Counted from the stretch's first letter, positions 20,406-30,998 are shown. The stretch is 64,000 nucleotides of DNA from Anaerolineales bacterium (GCA_034430615.1 DAOUEJ010000203.1:1575-65574), one strand, 5' to 3'. Notes: generated from the sequence alone by a model not told the origin. Program-made: numbers and translations.

Positions 20406-20419
20406 TTGCAAAAGAGAGT

Positions 20420-21694
20420 CTATAACCAACCGCGGAACTGCATGGCGTTCACAACGCGGTCGATGGCCACGATGTAGGCAGCATCACGCATCGCTACCTT
20501 GTGTTCGTTGGCGGTGCCAAGAACGGCCTGGAAGGCGTGGGTCATTTTCTCGTCGAGGCGAGTTAGGACTTCGTCCCGGGTCCAGTAGAAATTCATATCG
20601 TTTTGGACACCCTCGAAGTAAGAGACCGTCACTCCGCCGGCATTGCACAGGAAATCCGGTATCACGAAGACATTGTTTTTCAGGAGTGCTGCTTCTGCAT
20701 CCGGGGTTGTTGGACCGTTCGCACCTTCTGCCACTATGTGGACTTTTGCGCTGATAAGCCCCACATTATCCTTAGTGATCTGGGCTTCGATCGCAGCTGG
20801 TATGACCACATCAACATCTTTGCTCAGCCATGCATCACCATCCTCGATCTTGTATCCGGCAGATTTGGCTTGATCCTGATCGATGGAACCATAGATGTCC
20901 GTGATGCTCTGCAGGAAACGGGCGTCGATGCCATCGTCCTTGCTGTAGGTGAAGGAGGCCTTGGCTGTGTGATCCCAGCATGAAACGGCAACGACCTTAC
21001 CTCCAAGGAAGTCCTGAAAACCCATTGCTGCGTACTGGGCGACGTTTCCGAAGCCCTGGATGGAGGCGGTAGATTGCGTCGAATCCAGGCCGAGATGTTT
21101 CATGGCCTCCCGCAGTGTGTAAACGACACCGAACCCGGTTGCCTCTGTACGGCCAGCTGACCCGCCCGCTCCAACCGGTTTACCGGTGATGACACCGGGT
21201 TGGTATTCGCCGATGAGCTTGGTGTATTCATCCATCATCCAGCCCATCATCTGCGGGGTGGTTCCCACATCCGGGGCGGGAACATCGCTCCTGGGGCCGA
21301 TGTTCTTCCAGATCTGGTCAATCCAGCCCCGGCACAGGCGCTCCTTCTCGCCAGTCGATAATGTAGCCGGATCGACTGCGACCCCGCCCTTCCCTCCTCC
21401 GAGAGGGATGTCTGCGACAGCACACTTCCAGGTCATCCACATCGCCAACGCGCGGATGGTATCCATCGTCTCGCTGGGGTGGAAGCGAATGCCGCCCTTG
21501 GACGGCCCACGCGCATCGCTGTGCTGCACACGGTAACCGAAGAATACCTGGATGCTGCCATCATCCATCCGGACCGGAATCTGGAAGCGGAATTCCCGCA
21601 GTGGCCAACGCAAGACGGAGGAAACCCCCGGCTCCAGGTTGATGAGCTTGGCCACCTTGTCGAACTGAGACTGTGCCATTTCAAATGCGTTCAC
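20420..21694 (-). CDS. gdhA: NAD(P)-dependent glutamate dehydrogenase
   Basis: KGGIRFHP...AMWMTWKCAVADIPLGGGKGGV catalytic-lysine region, and the GFGNVAQY dinucleotide fold. Confidence 0.95.
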   Translation of the reverse strand: MNAFEMAQSQFDKVAKLINLEPGVSSVLRWPLREFRFQIPVRMDDGSIQVFFGYRVQHSDARGPSKGGIRFHPSETMDTIRALAMWMTWKCAVADIPLGGGKGGVAVDPATLSTGEKERLCRGWIDQIWKNIGPRSDVPAPDVGTTPQMMGWMMDEYTKLIGEYQPGVITGKPVGAGGSAGRTEATGFGVVYTLREAMKHLGLDSTQSTASIQGFGNVAQYAAMGFQDFLGGKVVAVSCWDHTAKASFTYSKDDGIDARFLQSITDIYGSIDQDQAKSAGYKIEDGDAWLSKDVDVVIPAAIEAQITKDNVGLISAKVHIVAEGANGPTTPDAEAALLKNNVFVIPDFLCNAGGVTVSYFEGVQNDMNFYWTRDEVLTRLDEKMTHAFQAVLGTANEHKVAMRDAAYIVAIDRVVNAMQFRGWL

Positions 21695-21792
21695 TTTATT
21701 CCCTCAACTTCGGATAGGTTGTGATGGGTGAGTTGTGCCCATCAGCGGACAGTGAGATAAGACCGGGTTTCGGATGCTGAGTCCCGCATCGA

Positions 21793-23268
21793 TCATGCAT
21801 GGGTATCAGGGCTCCACCTGGAAAGAGACTCCAGGAGAATATCTCGAGCAAGGGTAGGTTCAGCGCGCCCGCTGGCTGTACGCATCACCTGACCCAGGAG
21901 CCATTTTTCGAGCGCGTGCTTGCCTGAAAGGTATTGTTCTACCTGTTCAGGGTTCTCGTGAAGAACCTGTTCAACCCAGGCGGTGATCGCGGTTCGATCT
22001 TTGACGATGCCTACCCCCAATGAAGAAACGATATCCTGGGGATCGCCTCCCATCCTCACGATCTCGCCCAGCACGGACTTAGCGCTGGTTGTGTTGATCT
22101 CTCCCCGCTCGACCATGGCCACCAGCCTGGCGAGCGCAAGGGGTGTTATCTTTGTTTCGGCCAGGCTGAGGCCAACCTCGTTCAGGATTCCGAACAGCTC
22201 GCTCGTAAGCCAATTCGCAATCCTGGAGGGAGGTAGTTCCGGCTCGCCCGAGACGGCGGCCTCGAAAAACTCTGCCACTTCCTTTTCCGCCGCGATCACC
22301 TGGGCCAGGTACGGGGAAAGCCGCATCTCCAGGACATAGCGGTTCTGCTTTACGAAGGGTAGTTCGGGAAGTGATCGTCGGATCTCGGCGATCCAGCCGG
22401 GATCCAGGACCAGTGGAGGTAAGTCGGGCTCGGGGAAGTAGCGGTAATCATGCGCTTCCTCTTTACTGCGCTGGGAGACGGTCTCACCAGTTGTTTCGTC
22501 CCAACCTAGAGTTTCCTGGATGATAGGCACTCCCTGATCCGTGAGAGAGCTCTGCCGCTCGAGCTCGAATTCCACGGCGCGCAGCATACTGCGGAATGAA
22601 TTCAGATTTTTAATCTCGGTCCTGGTTGAAAGCTCACGGCTGCCGGGTGGCCGGATGGAAACATTCGCCTCGAAGCGGATCACCCCTTTGTCCATGTCGC
22701 CGCTGTTGACTTCCAGATAGCGGAGAAGGGAGCGGAGCGTGGTAGCGTAGGCCTTTACCTCCTCAAGCGAGGCAAGCTCAGGCTCGCTCACGATTTCGAG
22801 CAGCGGCACCCCGGCTCGATTAAAGTCGACCAGCGAGAATCCGTCCTCGTGGAAGAGTTTGCCGGTATCCTCCTCAAGGTGGACGCGCCGGATGTTGATG
22901 CGCTTCTCTCCGTCGGGAGTTTCAATCGGGAGAAAACCACCGGATGCAAGCGGCAGTTCGTACTGTGAGATCTGGTATCCCTTGGGCAGATCGGGGTAGA
23001 AATAATTTTTTCGGGCAAAGACGCTCCGCTCGGCGATCTGGCAGTCCAGGGCGAGAGCGACGCGCAGTGCGAACTCTACTGCTCTCTCGTTGATGACGGG
23101 CAGCGTTCCCGGCATGCCGGTGCAAATTTCACATACCGAGGTGTTGGGCTCAGCCAGGGTCAGGTCCACGAGTGCACAACCACAGAACATTTTCGAGCGG
23201 GTGAGCATCTCGGCGTGGATTTCCAAACCGATTACGGCCTCATATTGCGAGCGCACCTTGGAGTTCAT
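21793..23268 (-). CDS. gatB: Asp-tRNA(Asn)/Glu-tRNA(Gln) amidotransferase subunit B
   Basis: [13 protein letters not shown]...KMFCGC N-terminus and a GatB/YqeY C-terminal domain. The ATG at 23268 gives a canonical N-terminus. The ORF-track GTG at 23331 is the alternative start. Confidence 0.93.
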   Translation of the reverse strand: MNSKVRSQYEAVIGLEIHAEMLTRSKMFCGCALVDLTLAEPNTSVCEICTGMPGTLPVINERAVEFALRVALALDCQIAERSVFARKNYFYPDLPKGYQISQYELPLASGGFLPIETPDGEKRINIRRVHLEEDTGKLFHEDGFSLVDFNRAGVPLLEIVSEPELASLEEVKAYATTLRSLLRYLEVNSGDMDKGVIRFEANVSIRPPGSRELSTRTEIKNLNSFRSMLRAVEFELERQSSLTDQGVPIIQETLGWDETTGETVSQRSKEEAHDYRYFPEPDLPPLVLDPGWIAEIRRSLPELPFVKQNRYVLEMRLSPYLAQVIAAEKEVAEFFEAAVSGEPELPPSRIANWLTSELFGILNEVGLSLAETKITPLALARLVAMVERGEINTTSAKSVLGEIVRMGGDPQDIVSSLGVGIVKDRTAITAWVEQVLHENPEQVEQYLSGKHALEKWLLGQVMRTASGRAEPTLARDILLESLSRWSPDTHA

Positions 23269-23333
23269 CGGGTATGGGATCCCGAGAGCGAGGTCAGGTT
23301 TGTCGAGAGCTGCCAGTTCATCCCGGATCACAT

Positions 23334-24488
23334 CTAGCCATGTCGCTGCATGAAACGCATCATTCGTTCCAGAGCTTCCTCAATCTGCTCGTAGTCTGTC
23401 GCGTATGAGCAGCGAACGAACCCACCGGCCCCGAAGGCATTCCCTGGGACAACCGCAACCTTTTCTTCCTGGAGCAGCCGGTCGGCGAACTGCTCATCGT
23501 CCATTCCGCTGGTTTCGATCGAGGGGAAGGCATAAAACGCGCCGTGTGGTTCGAAGGTGGTCAAACCCAGTTCGTTCAGCCCATCTACAATCAACCGCCG
23601 CCGCCGATCGTATTCGGCCAACATGCGTTGCACGTGCTCCTCTCCGCTCTTGAGCGCTTCGAGCGCGGCAAATTGGGACACGGTTGGGGCAGACATGATC
23701 GTGTATTGATGCACCTTGCGCAGGCCTCCCAGGACAACCTCGGGGGCGGCGGCGTATCCAATCCGCCAGCCGGTCATCGCGTAATCCTTGGAAAAGCCAC
23801 CCAATGTGATCGTTCGCTCACGCATCCCGGGCAGCGCCGCAAAGCAAACATGCTGGTGGTCGTAGACCAGGCGGTCATAGATCTCATCCGAGATGACAAG
23901 CAGATCGTGCTGTTCGGCCAACTGCGCAAGCTCAGCCAATCGATCGCGGGTCATGACTGCCCCGGTCGGATTGTTGGGATACCCGATCAGGAGTGCTTTT
24001 GTGCGTGGAGTGATGAGATCGGCCACGGCCTGGGCGCTGACCTGGAACGAATCCTCCACCTGGGTCCGGAGGGCAATGGGTGTGCCACCGGCAAACACCA
24101 CTTCCGGTTGGTAGGAAACGAAGCAGGGAGTTGGGACGATCACTTCATCCCCGGGGTCGATGATGGCAGTCAGGGCAAGATAGAGAGCCTCCGATACGCC
24201 AACCGTGATGAGCAGCTCGCTCTCTGGGTTGTAACTAACGCCGTACAGGCGATCGAGATGGGAAGACAGCGCCTGGCGCAGTTCAAGGATCCCGGAATTG
24301 GAGGTGTAATGAGTTTCGCCAAGTTGAAGTGATTTAATCCCGCTGGCCAGAATCGGGTCGGGTGTGACGAAATCCGGTTCCCCGATTCCGAGCGAGATGA
24401 CATCATCCATCGTAGCTGCAATGTCAAAGAAACGGCGAATACCAGAGGGGGGGACGTCAGCCACTCGTCGAGCGATGAAATCACGCAT
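23334..24488 (-). CDS. class I/II PLP-dependent aminotransferase (aspartate/aromatic type)
   Basis: GEPDF, NNPTG, and [13 protein letters not shown] (PLP-lysine context). Confidence 0.9.
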   Translation of the reverse strand: MRDFIARRVADVPPSGIRRFFDIAATMDDVISLGIGEPDFVTPDPILASGIKSLQLGETHYTSNSGILELRQALSSHLDRLYGVSYNPESELLITVGVSEALYLALTAIIDPGDEVIVPTPCFVSYQPEVVFAGGTPIALRTQVEDSFQVSAQAVADLITPRTKALLIGYPNNPTGAVMTRDRLAELAQLAEQHDLLVISDEIYDRLVYDHQHVCFAALPGMRERTITLGGFSKDYAMTGWRIGYAAAPEVVLGGLRKVHQYTIMSAPTVSQFAALEALKSGEEHVQRMLAEYDRRRRLIVDGLNELGLTTFEPHGAFYAFPSIETSGMDDEQFADRLLQEEKVAVVPGNAFGAGGFVRCSYATDYEQIEEALERMMRFMQRHG

Positions 24489-24529
24489 CCGGAATCTCTC
24501 CTATCTCAGGGCTAAGACAGCGATGGGGA

Positions 24530-24751
24530 TCAGGGTATTGAGATCCGCCATTCATCATAGAGTTCACCATAGAAGAGATCAAAGACGCGCCCATCAAGCA
24601 CGCGCACGCGGAAGCGCAACCCGCCGGGGATGCGCCACCGGGCTTCAATCTCCTCGATCTCCAGCCGGTCGCCCTCCCATCGAATCGCGTTCGGGTGATC
24701 GGCATAGGTATAACCGGAATGACACTCCACTAGGTCACGCGTTGTTGTCAC
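24530..24751 (-). CDS. small hypothetical protein (73 aa)
   Basis: Protein-like composition (ECHSGYTYADHP...WEGDRLEIEEIEARWR...FRVRVLDGRVFDLFY). GTG start, weak RBS. Co-directional with its neighbours. Confidence 0.45.
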   Translation of the reverse strand: MTTTRDLVECHSGYTYADHPNAIRWEGDRLEIEEIEARWRIPGGLRFRVRVLDGRVFDLFYGELYDEWRISIP

Positions 24752-24855
24752 AGTGACACGCGAGCCCTTTTATCATCTAGCATATGATCCCTTTTCGCCA
24801 GTGGCAAGTGACCCGTGGTGTCGATGAGACTCATCATAACCCCGCAAAGAGCTGA

Positions 24856-25140
24856 TCACGAAGCGCGTGCCAGATCAGCGAGTGCGCCCGGAAGCGTTTC
24901 CTGTGTAACAAAGAGAGCGCCTTGCACCGTCTCGTTCGCCTTTCGTTGGACATCGGCCTTCCCGTCCACGAAGAAGATCGGCAGGGTTTTTCCGGCCGGT
25001 TGTGTGCGCAGGCAGGGAACTGTTTCGCGACCATGTGATGGGAGCCGTGAAATATGGATGACCACAGCCAGGTTTAGATCCTCGAGTATCCGACGGCAGG
25101 AGCGCTGGCCATCTTCTGCCTCGGTCTCTCTGCCTGCCAC
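24856..25140 (-). CDS. hypothetical ORF; weak resemblance to a degenerate CheY-like receiver fold
   Basis: This is the only protein-like frame in a 490-nt gap. The pattern ...LAVVIHISRLPSHG...LPIFFVDGKAD...GALFVTQE loosely follows a receiver layout, but with the acceptor Asp, Thr and Lys positions substituted. The frame is closed by a stop at 25207-25209. Confidence 0.2.
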   Translation of the reverse strand: MAGRETEAEDGQRSCRRILEDLNLAVVIHISRLPSHGRETVPCLRTQPAGKTLPIFFVDGKADVQRKANETVQGALFVTQETLPGALADLARAS

Positions 25141-25243
25141 CCCTGTGCTCGCAGTTGGTCGGATAAACCGACGGATCCGAGCTGGTTCCAGTGGATGAGG
25201 AAAATCTTAAGGGTTATCAATACCTCGTCCTGTGGAGTCGGTC

Positions 25244-26239
25244 TCAACTCAAATCAACTTCGGAGTGGTCACCGACATTGACGAACCCATGCAGGCCGAA
25301 CAAGCGAACCCCGATCCCGACCAGCGACGCATGCAGCACGCTTTCCTGGATAAAAGCATCCTGCTCAACGATCGTATCTTTGATGACCGAACGCCGGATG
25401 ACGCAATTTGGACCAATCGAGGCATAGGGACCGATTACCGATTCGGCGATCTCGGCTTCAGGGTGTACGAAAACCGGGGGAAGGAAGATTGAACCCTGGC
25501 GAAGCTGGGCGTCGCTTGAATTATCCCGGCCGTGCTCGAGCAGATAGCGGTTCGTCTCCAGCAAGGCGTCTGGTTTACCACAGTCCATCCATACATCAAC
25601 CTGCCTGGTCCGCAAATCCAGCCCATCTTCAAGCATGAGGTTAATGGCATCTGCCAGGTAATACTCCCCACCGAGTCGGGTGCCGCTCGCCATTTGCTCT
25701 TCAAACGCAGTCACCAGGTCCTTCGCTTGCGGGAAATAGTAGAAACCGGCCAGGGCCAAATTAATGCTCGGATCCTCTGGTTTTTCGATCAAGCGCAGCA
25801 CCCGCCCGTTTTTGTCGACATCGGCAACTCCGAAGCGGCGCGGATCGTCTACCTCCTTCACCCACGCGATCGCCGGGCCAGCGTTCTCCAGGGGAATGGA
25901 GAGATCAGCTTCGATGATCGTGTCAACAAAGGCCAGGTAGATCGGTCCCTCAAGCCGCTCCCTCGCCAGCCAGATGGCATGGGATTGGCCCTTCATCTCA
26001 TCCTGGACAACATAGCTGGCGGTTAGCTCCGGATAGCGTTTGTCCATGAACGATTTAATCTGCTCGCCCAGGTAGCCGACGATGAAAACCACTTCATCAA
26101 TGGCGGTTAATGATTCAAACATATCGAGGACATGCCCGAGCACAGGGCGTCCGGCAACACTGACCAGTGGCTTCGGCTTAGACCAGGTATGCGGCCTGAG
26201 CCGTGTCCCGAGTCCAGCCATGGGTATGACGATTTTCAT
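25244..26239 (-). CDS. sugar-phosphate nucleotidyltransferase with C-terminal left-handed beta-helix
   Basis: MKIVIPMAGLGTRLRP...KPKPLV N-terminal signature. C-terminal hexapeptide-like repeats. Confidence 0.85.
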   Translation of the reverse strand: MKIVIPMAGLGTRLRPHTWSKPKPLVSVAGRPVLGHVLDMFESLTAIDEVVFIVGYLGEQIKSFMDKRYPELTASYVVQDEMKGQSHAIWLARERLEGPIYLAFVDTIIEADLSIPLENAGPAIAWVKEVDDPRRFGVADVDKNGRVLRLIEKPEDPSINLALAGFYYFPQAKDLVTAFEEQMASGTRLGGEYYLADAINLMLEDGLDLRTRQVDVWMDCGKPDALLETNRYLLEHGRDNSSDAQLRQGSIFLPPVFVHPEAEIAESVIGPYASIGPNCVIRRSVIKDTIVEQDAFIQESVLHASLVGIGVRLFGLHGFVNVGDHSEVDLS

Positions 26240-26257
26240 AGACTCCCCTTCTCCTGG

Positions 26258-27748
26258 TTATGCCAATACTGGACGCTGCATGTGCCAGGTCGTTTCTTGC
26301 TGATAGGAATGAGCGCTTTTCAGAAGCAGCGCTTCTCCCAGGTGAGGTGCGTTGAGCTGCATGCCGATCGGCAGTCCGCGGGTATCGAATCCGACCGGGA
26401 AGCTGATGCCGGGAACGCCGGCTAAATTTGCCGGCAGCGTGAAAACATCCTCCAGATACATCGAGAGTGGATCGTCTCCATGCTCCCCGATGCGAAAAGC
26501 CGTAGTGGGCGCGACGGGACAAGCTAGCAGGTCGACCGATTGGAAAGCCTGGTCGAAATCAGCCTTGATCAGAGTCCGCACCTTCTGCGCCTGGCCATAG
26601 TACGCATCATAGTAACCGGCCGAAAGGGCATACGTGCCGAGCATGATGCGCCGTTTTACTTCCGGGCCGAAAAGGCTGCCTCGTGTCTGCAGGTACTGAT
26701 CCCAGAGATCGTCTCCAGTGACGCGCGGCCCGAAGCGGACGCCATCGTAGCGGGCAAGGTTGGCGGATGCTTCCGCAGGAGCGATGAGATAGTAGACGGG
26801 AAGTGCAAGATCGGTATGGGGCAGGCTCACTTCTTCGACCGAGGCACCCATGCTTTCTATCATGGCAATTGCCGTGCGGACGGCTGCTTCAACCTCAGGC
26901 TGCATACCATCGATGAAATACTCACGCGGGACACCGATGTGCAAACCGTGCAGGTCTGACCCGTTGAGCACCAGGGCAGGGAGAGGGTCGCGCACGCTGG
27001 TCGAATCAAGCTCATCGTAGCCAGCCATGGTCTCAAAGAGCGGGATAAGATCCGAAGCGGACCGAGCCAGTGCACCGACGGTATCAAGGGATGACCCATA
27101 CGCGATCAGGCCGTAACGTGAGACGCGTCCATAGGAAGTCTTGAGACCGGTTACCCCGCAGAAAGAAGCAGGTTGGCGGACGGACCCGCCGGTATCGGTC
27201 CCAAGTGCGGCGTAGCACAAACCAGCGGCGACCGCAGCAGCGGAGCCGCCGGATGAACCACCAGGAACCCGCTCCAGGTCCCAGGGGTTGTGTGTTGGCC
27301 CATAGGCAGAGTTCTCGGTCGATGACCCCATCGCGAATTCATCGGTGTTGGTTTTTCCCAGGATGACCGATCCGGCATCGATTAGCCGAGAAACGCTGGT
27401 TGCAGTATACGGAGGGAGAAAACCTTCCAGAATTTTAGAGCCACAGGTTGTCTGCACGCCCTGTACGCAGAGGACATCCTTGATCGCAAGCGGGATCCCA
27501 TGCGTGAGCGGCAGGTCCGCCGAGCCGCTTTTCCGCCAGGAGGCTAGCGCACTGTCGGCGGCGTCAGCCTGTTCCAAAGCAAGATCAGGCGTAAGGGTCA
27601 GGAACGCATGCAAGCGAGGGTCAAGCGTGTCGATTCGGCTGAGGCATGCCTCGGTCAGGTCGCGCGAGGATACTTCCCCCTTCCGTAAAGCTGCAGCGGC
27701 ATCCAGCAGTGAGATATCAGTCAGTCCCGGCATAGTATCGGGGCTCAC
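26258..27748 (-). CDS. gatA: Glu-tRNA(Gln) amidotransferase subunit A
   Basis: Amidase signature GGSSGGSAAAVAAG. The start overlaps the gatC stop (ATGA). Confidence 0.95.
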   Translation of the reverse strand: MSPDTMPGLTDISLLDAAAALRKGEVSSRDLTEACLSRIDTLDPRLHAFLTLTPDLALEQADAADSALASWRKSGSADLPLTHGIPLAIKDVLCVQGVQTTCGSKILEGFLPPYTATSVSRLIDAGSVILGKTNTDEFAMGSSTENSAYGPTHNPWDLERVPGGSSGGSAAAVAAGLCYAALGTDTGGSVRQPASFCGVTGLKTSYGRVSRYGLIAYGSSLDTVGALARSASDLIPLFETMAGYDELDSTSVRDPLPALVLNGSDLHGLHIGVPREYFIDGMQPEVEAAVRTAIAMIESMGASVEEVSLPHTDLALPVYYLIAPAEASANLARYDGVRFGPRVTGDDLWDQYLQTRGSLFGPEVKRRIMLGTYALSAGYYDAYYGQAQKVRTLIKADFDQAFQSVDLLACPVAPTTAFRIGEHGDDPLSMYLEDVFTLPANLAGVPGISFPVGFDTRGLPIGMQLNAPHLGEALLLKSAHSYQQETTWHMQRPVLA

Positions 27749-28038
27749 GATTTTTCCAAGACGGGCGGAACGCGAAACATACCGCGTTCTTCCTCAGGCG
27801 CATTGGAGAGCATGAGTTCACGTGGCGGGCACGGCCGGACGATATCCGGGCGGAGCGGCGCTTGCAGCGGCAGAACGCTTGCGGTTGGTGCAATCTGGGT
27901 CGTATCGACCTCATTCAGCCGGGAGGCGTATTCGAGGACAGCGGAGAGCTGTTGGGCATATCGCTCCAACTCTTCTTCTTCAAGCTCAAGCCGCGCAAGG
28001 AATGCGATGTGTCGAACCTCATCCAGGGTTAAGGCCAT
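27745..28038 (-). CDS. gatC: Glu-tRNA(Gln) amidotransferase subunit C
   Basis: MALTLDEVRHIAFLARLELEEEELE... is a typical GatC N-terminus. The ATG at 28038 is preferred to the TTG at 28047. Confidence 0.9.
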   Translation of the reverse strand: MALTLDEVRHIAFLARLELEEEELERYAQQLSAVLEYASRLNEVDTTQIAPTASVLPLQAPLRPDIVRPCPPRELMLSNAPEEERGMFRVPPVLEKS

Positions 28039-28115
28039 AGCAACCAAATTATAGCAGAGCGCTTGTGAGCGACTCGCAGGATCCCGGACTGTGAGAACTT
28101 CCTTGGGGCGGGCAG

Positions 28116-29336
28116 TCAGCCTGGCGAAATGCCATCGAGTACGGCATCGAACATGGGCAAGGTCCGGGTATCGACATATGCCGCCTCGAAGGCAGCCCGA
28201 GCCCGCTTGCTATACTCATTTAGGAGATGTTGATCCGAGGCAAGTGTCCGCAGGAAGGCGACCGTCCCACGGACATCGCCATGACGCAAGCTTGCTCCGA
28301 CTCCAAATTGCCGGATCGCATCATCGACATTGCTGCCTTCTGGCCCGATATAGAGGAGGGGAAGTCCCATAGCTAAGTTTGCATGCATCTTGCTCGGACT
28401 GATCACACCGAGAGCCGACTCGTTCATAGTGATCAGGGCACAATCAGCGCCCGACAGCACGGAAGGTGTGATTTGTTTCGCAACATAAGTGTGGAGATGG
28501 ATATTCTCAAGCCCTCTGCGATCCGCTTCATGAGCAAGTGAAGGCCATTTTGATCCACCTCCCACAAAGAGAAAGCAAATCTTGTCCTGCCTCAGGTAGG
28601 AGGCAGCCTCGAGCACAGTATCGAAGTTGTGGCCGAAGCCCGCATTACCCAGATATAGAACCTTAAAGAAAGCCCCAATGTCGAAAGATTCCCAGCCCGG
28701 CCAAGGATCGGGGTCAAGGCCAAGAGGAAATTGAGCCTGAGACTCCCAATTGGGAATGACCGTACAGGGCACATCAGCCAATCGGGGGTAGCGCGACACG
28801 AGCAGGTTCTGCATTGCTGTATCGAGGCAGACGAAGTGATCAAGTTTTGAAAAAATGATCCAGTTGATGCGATCGAGCAGTCGCGCAATCCAACCACCGG
28901 GTGATATCACATCCGTTCGCTCTAAAATTTCCGGGTAGCAATCCATGTTCCACAAGAGGAATCGTACGCGTGGATGGAATAATTTGTGGGCCACGGCGGA
29001 AAGACCGATGAAGGGAGGCGTTGTAAGTGAGACCAAAATATCCTGGCGAGGGAGCAGCATCAGCCGGACGAGGGTCTGGGTAAAAAAGAGAGCATAATCA
29101 ACAATGCGATGGACGGAGCGCTTCTTCCCAAACATCGGGGTCCACAGCCGTATCACCCGCGGGTTGTCTTTTTGCACAGTCACATGCGAGGGGAATTGGG
29201 GCACATAGCCGCCAACGCTCGTGAGAACGGTGACCGTATCCCCGAGGGCAGCGCGGTGCTCGGCCAGGGAAGCCGCTAGATGCCCGGTTGGGGCGAGGTC
29301 TGGAGGGTAGAACTGGTTGATGATCGTTATACGCAT
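28116..29336 (-). CDS. GT-B fold glycosyltransferase (GT4-like)
   Basis: MRITIINQFYPPDLAPTG N-terminus and a C-terminal nucleotide-sugar binding half. GC content is lower than in flanking DNA. Confidence 0.8.
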   Translation of the reverse strand: MRITIINQFYPPDLAPTGHLAASLAEHRAALGDTVTVLTSVGGYVPQFPSHVTVQKDNPRVIRLWTPMFGKKRSVHRIVDYALFFTQTLVRLMLLPRQDILVSLTTPPFIGLSAVAHKLFHPRVRFLLWNMDCYPEILERTDVISPGGWIARLLDRINWIIFSKLDHFVCLDTAMQNLLVSRYPRLADVPCTVIPNWESQAQFPLGLDPDPWPGWESFDIGAFFKVLYLGNAGFGHNFDTVLEAASYLRQDKICFLFVGGGSKWPSLAHEADRRGLENIHLHTYVAKQITPSVLSGADCALITMNESALGVISPSKMHANLAMGLPLLYIGPEGSNVDDAIRQFGVGASLRHGDVRGTVAFLRTLASDQHLLNEYSKRARAAFEAAYVDTRTLPMFDAVLDGISPG

Positions 29337-29359
29337 ATCAAGCTCAGCAAAGGGAACGG

Positions 29360-30403
29360 CTAGAGCTTCTGCAATCCAGATACCATCTCCGAAATGATAT
29401 CTTCCAGGGAATAGGACATCTCCCAGTGGGGAAAATGGGACTTAAGCTTGGCCAGATTGGAGTAGTAGCAGATATGGTCACCGATCCGGTTCTGTTCTGA
29501 ATAGGTAAGCTGCGGGCGTTTCCCTGACTCCCTTTCTATCATGGCAACACACTCGATTAAGCTGGCTGCGTTGCCCTTGCCCCCTCCGATGTTGTACACC
29601 TCACCCGGTCGTGGATCCTGCGCGAAGTGCCAGAGGGCATTAATCACATCGTGGCTATGGATTTGATCGCGAACCTGTTTTCCTTTGTAACCATAGATTG
29701 TATAAGGGCCTTCGTTCATGGCCACACCAACCAGGTAGCTGAGAAATCCATGGAGCTCGACACCAGAATGATGAGGACCAGTCAAGCACCCGCCTCGAAA
29801 TATCCCGGTTTTCATACCGAAGTATTTCCCGTACTCTTGAGCGAGGATATCACCAGCCAGCTTAGACGCTCCAAAAAGTGAATGCAGGCAGTTGTCGACG
29901 GGAAAATCTTCACCGATGCCCTCTGCGAAACGCGGGTCGGCATAGTCCCAGCGGGTTTCGAATTCAGTAAGAGGGATATGGTTAGGGCCATCCCCGTAAA
30001 CTTTGTTCGTGCTCAGGTGGATGAATACAGCCTTGGGGGCATGCTGCCGGAGCGCCTCAAGCAGATTGAGCGTCCCGTTGGCGTTGACATCGAAATCATC
30101 AAATGGTCGCCGGGCGGCGAGATCGTGGCTGGGCTGGGCAGCGGCGTGGACGATCAGGTCAAAGTCGCTCTTCTTGAAGAGATCAAGCACTGTTTGGCGC
30201 TGGCGAATGTCGAGATCATGATGAGTGAAGTTGCTGCATGTCGCCAGGAGACGATCGCGGTTCCATGTAGTATCACCTTTCTCACCGAAGAAATCAGCGC
30301 GCATGTTGTTGTCAACACCGGTAACCCGGAAGCCCATTGAATCAAAGAAAGAAACTGCCTCAGAACCAATGAGCCCGCTGCTGCCCGTCACTAAAATGTG
30401 CAT
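29360..30403 (-). CDS. NAD-dependent sugar epimerase/dehydratase (extended SDR)
   Basis: [14 protein letters not shown] Rossmann motif and the catalytic YGASK. The ORF-track 5' extension to 30571 looks non-coding. Confidence 0.85.
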   Translation of the reverse strand: MHILVTGSSGLIGSEAVSFFDSMGFRVTGVDNNMRADFFGEKGDTTWNRDRLLATCSNFTHHDLDIRQRQTVLDLFKKSDFDLIVHAAAQPSHDLAARRPFDDFDVNANGTLNLLEALRQHAPKAVFIHLSTNKVYGDGPNHIPLTEFETRWDYADPRFAEGIGEDFPVDNCLHSLFGASKLAGDILAQEYGKYFGMKTGIFRGGCLTGPHHSGVELHGFLSYLVGVAMNEGPYTIYGYKGKQVRDQIHSHDVINALWHFAQDPRPGEVYNIGGGKGNAASLIECVAMIERESGKRPQLTYSEQNRIGDHICYYSNLAKLKSHFPHWEMSYSLEDIISEMVSGLQKL

Positions 30404-30588
30404 TAATGCAACCTTCCTTCCGGAGCAGTTGTAATTGAAGCCGTTCACTCTCTCGTCTGACCGGGTAATTCTAAAGCGAGCCGATCCTTTATGAAAGGCC
30501 CGGTCAGTGAGTTGTCGCTGTGAACGATTGGGCGGGTATGGAAATGCCCGGCAGAGGCAAGCTGCGGGCAAAGGGCCTGTGGTGATTG

Positions 30589-30834
30589 TTATTCTTGATA
30601 AGGAAGCGAAACCGGATCGACGTCCCTGAGCACGCCGCCAAGTGAATTGATTGCAGTCTCGACCATCCCTCCCGCTAGAACGGGGACGAATCGGCCGTCG
30701 TCGAGCCGGAGATAGGTGTACTGAACCGTCGCAACCAACCAGCGCAGGGGCTGGCGTGGTGAAGTGCTTATCGGGAGATTTGTAGCTGTCGTTTTCATAC
30801 CTGATATTCCATTCATATCAACGATTCTAGCCAC
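30589..30834 (-). CDS. hypothetical small ORF
   Basis: 81-aa ORF between the LTD gene and the epimerase. No recognisable motif or RBS. Confidence 0.2.
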   Translation of the reverse strand: MARIVDMNGISGMKTTATNLPISTSPRQPLRWLVATVQYTYLRLDDGRFVPVLAGGMVETAINSLGGVLRDVDPVSLPYQE

Positions 30835-30998
30835 CTTATCTTAAGGAAGCGTTAACAACCTATACGGGCTCTAACCTGTCCGGTTGCCTCGTCAACCTGA
30901 GTATTCCACAGAATCAAGCAGCGCTGTCACATTTGATAGGAAACTGTCAGGCGAATGGCGGCTTTAGGCCAGGAGATGGGTGACTGCGCTTGTTTTGA

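Noticed and set aside
29360-30571. N-terminal 56-aa extension of the epimerase ORF
   Set aside because: The extension precedes the canonical [14 protein letters not shown] Rossmann start and has no similarity-like features.
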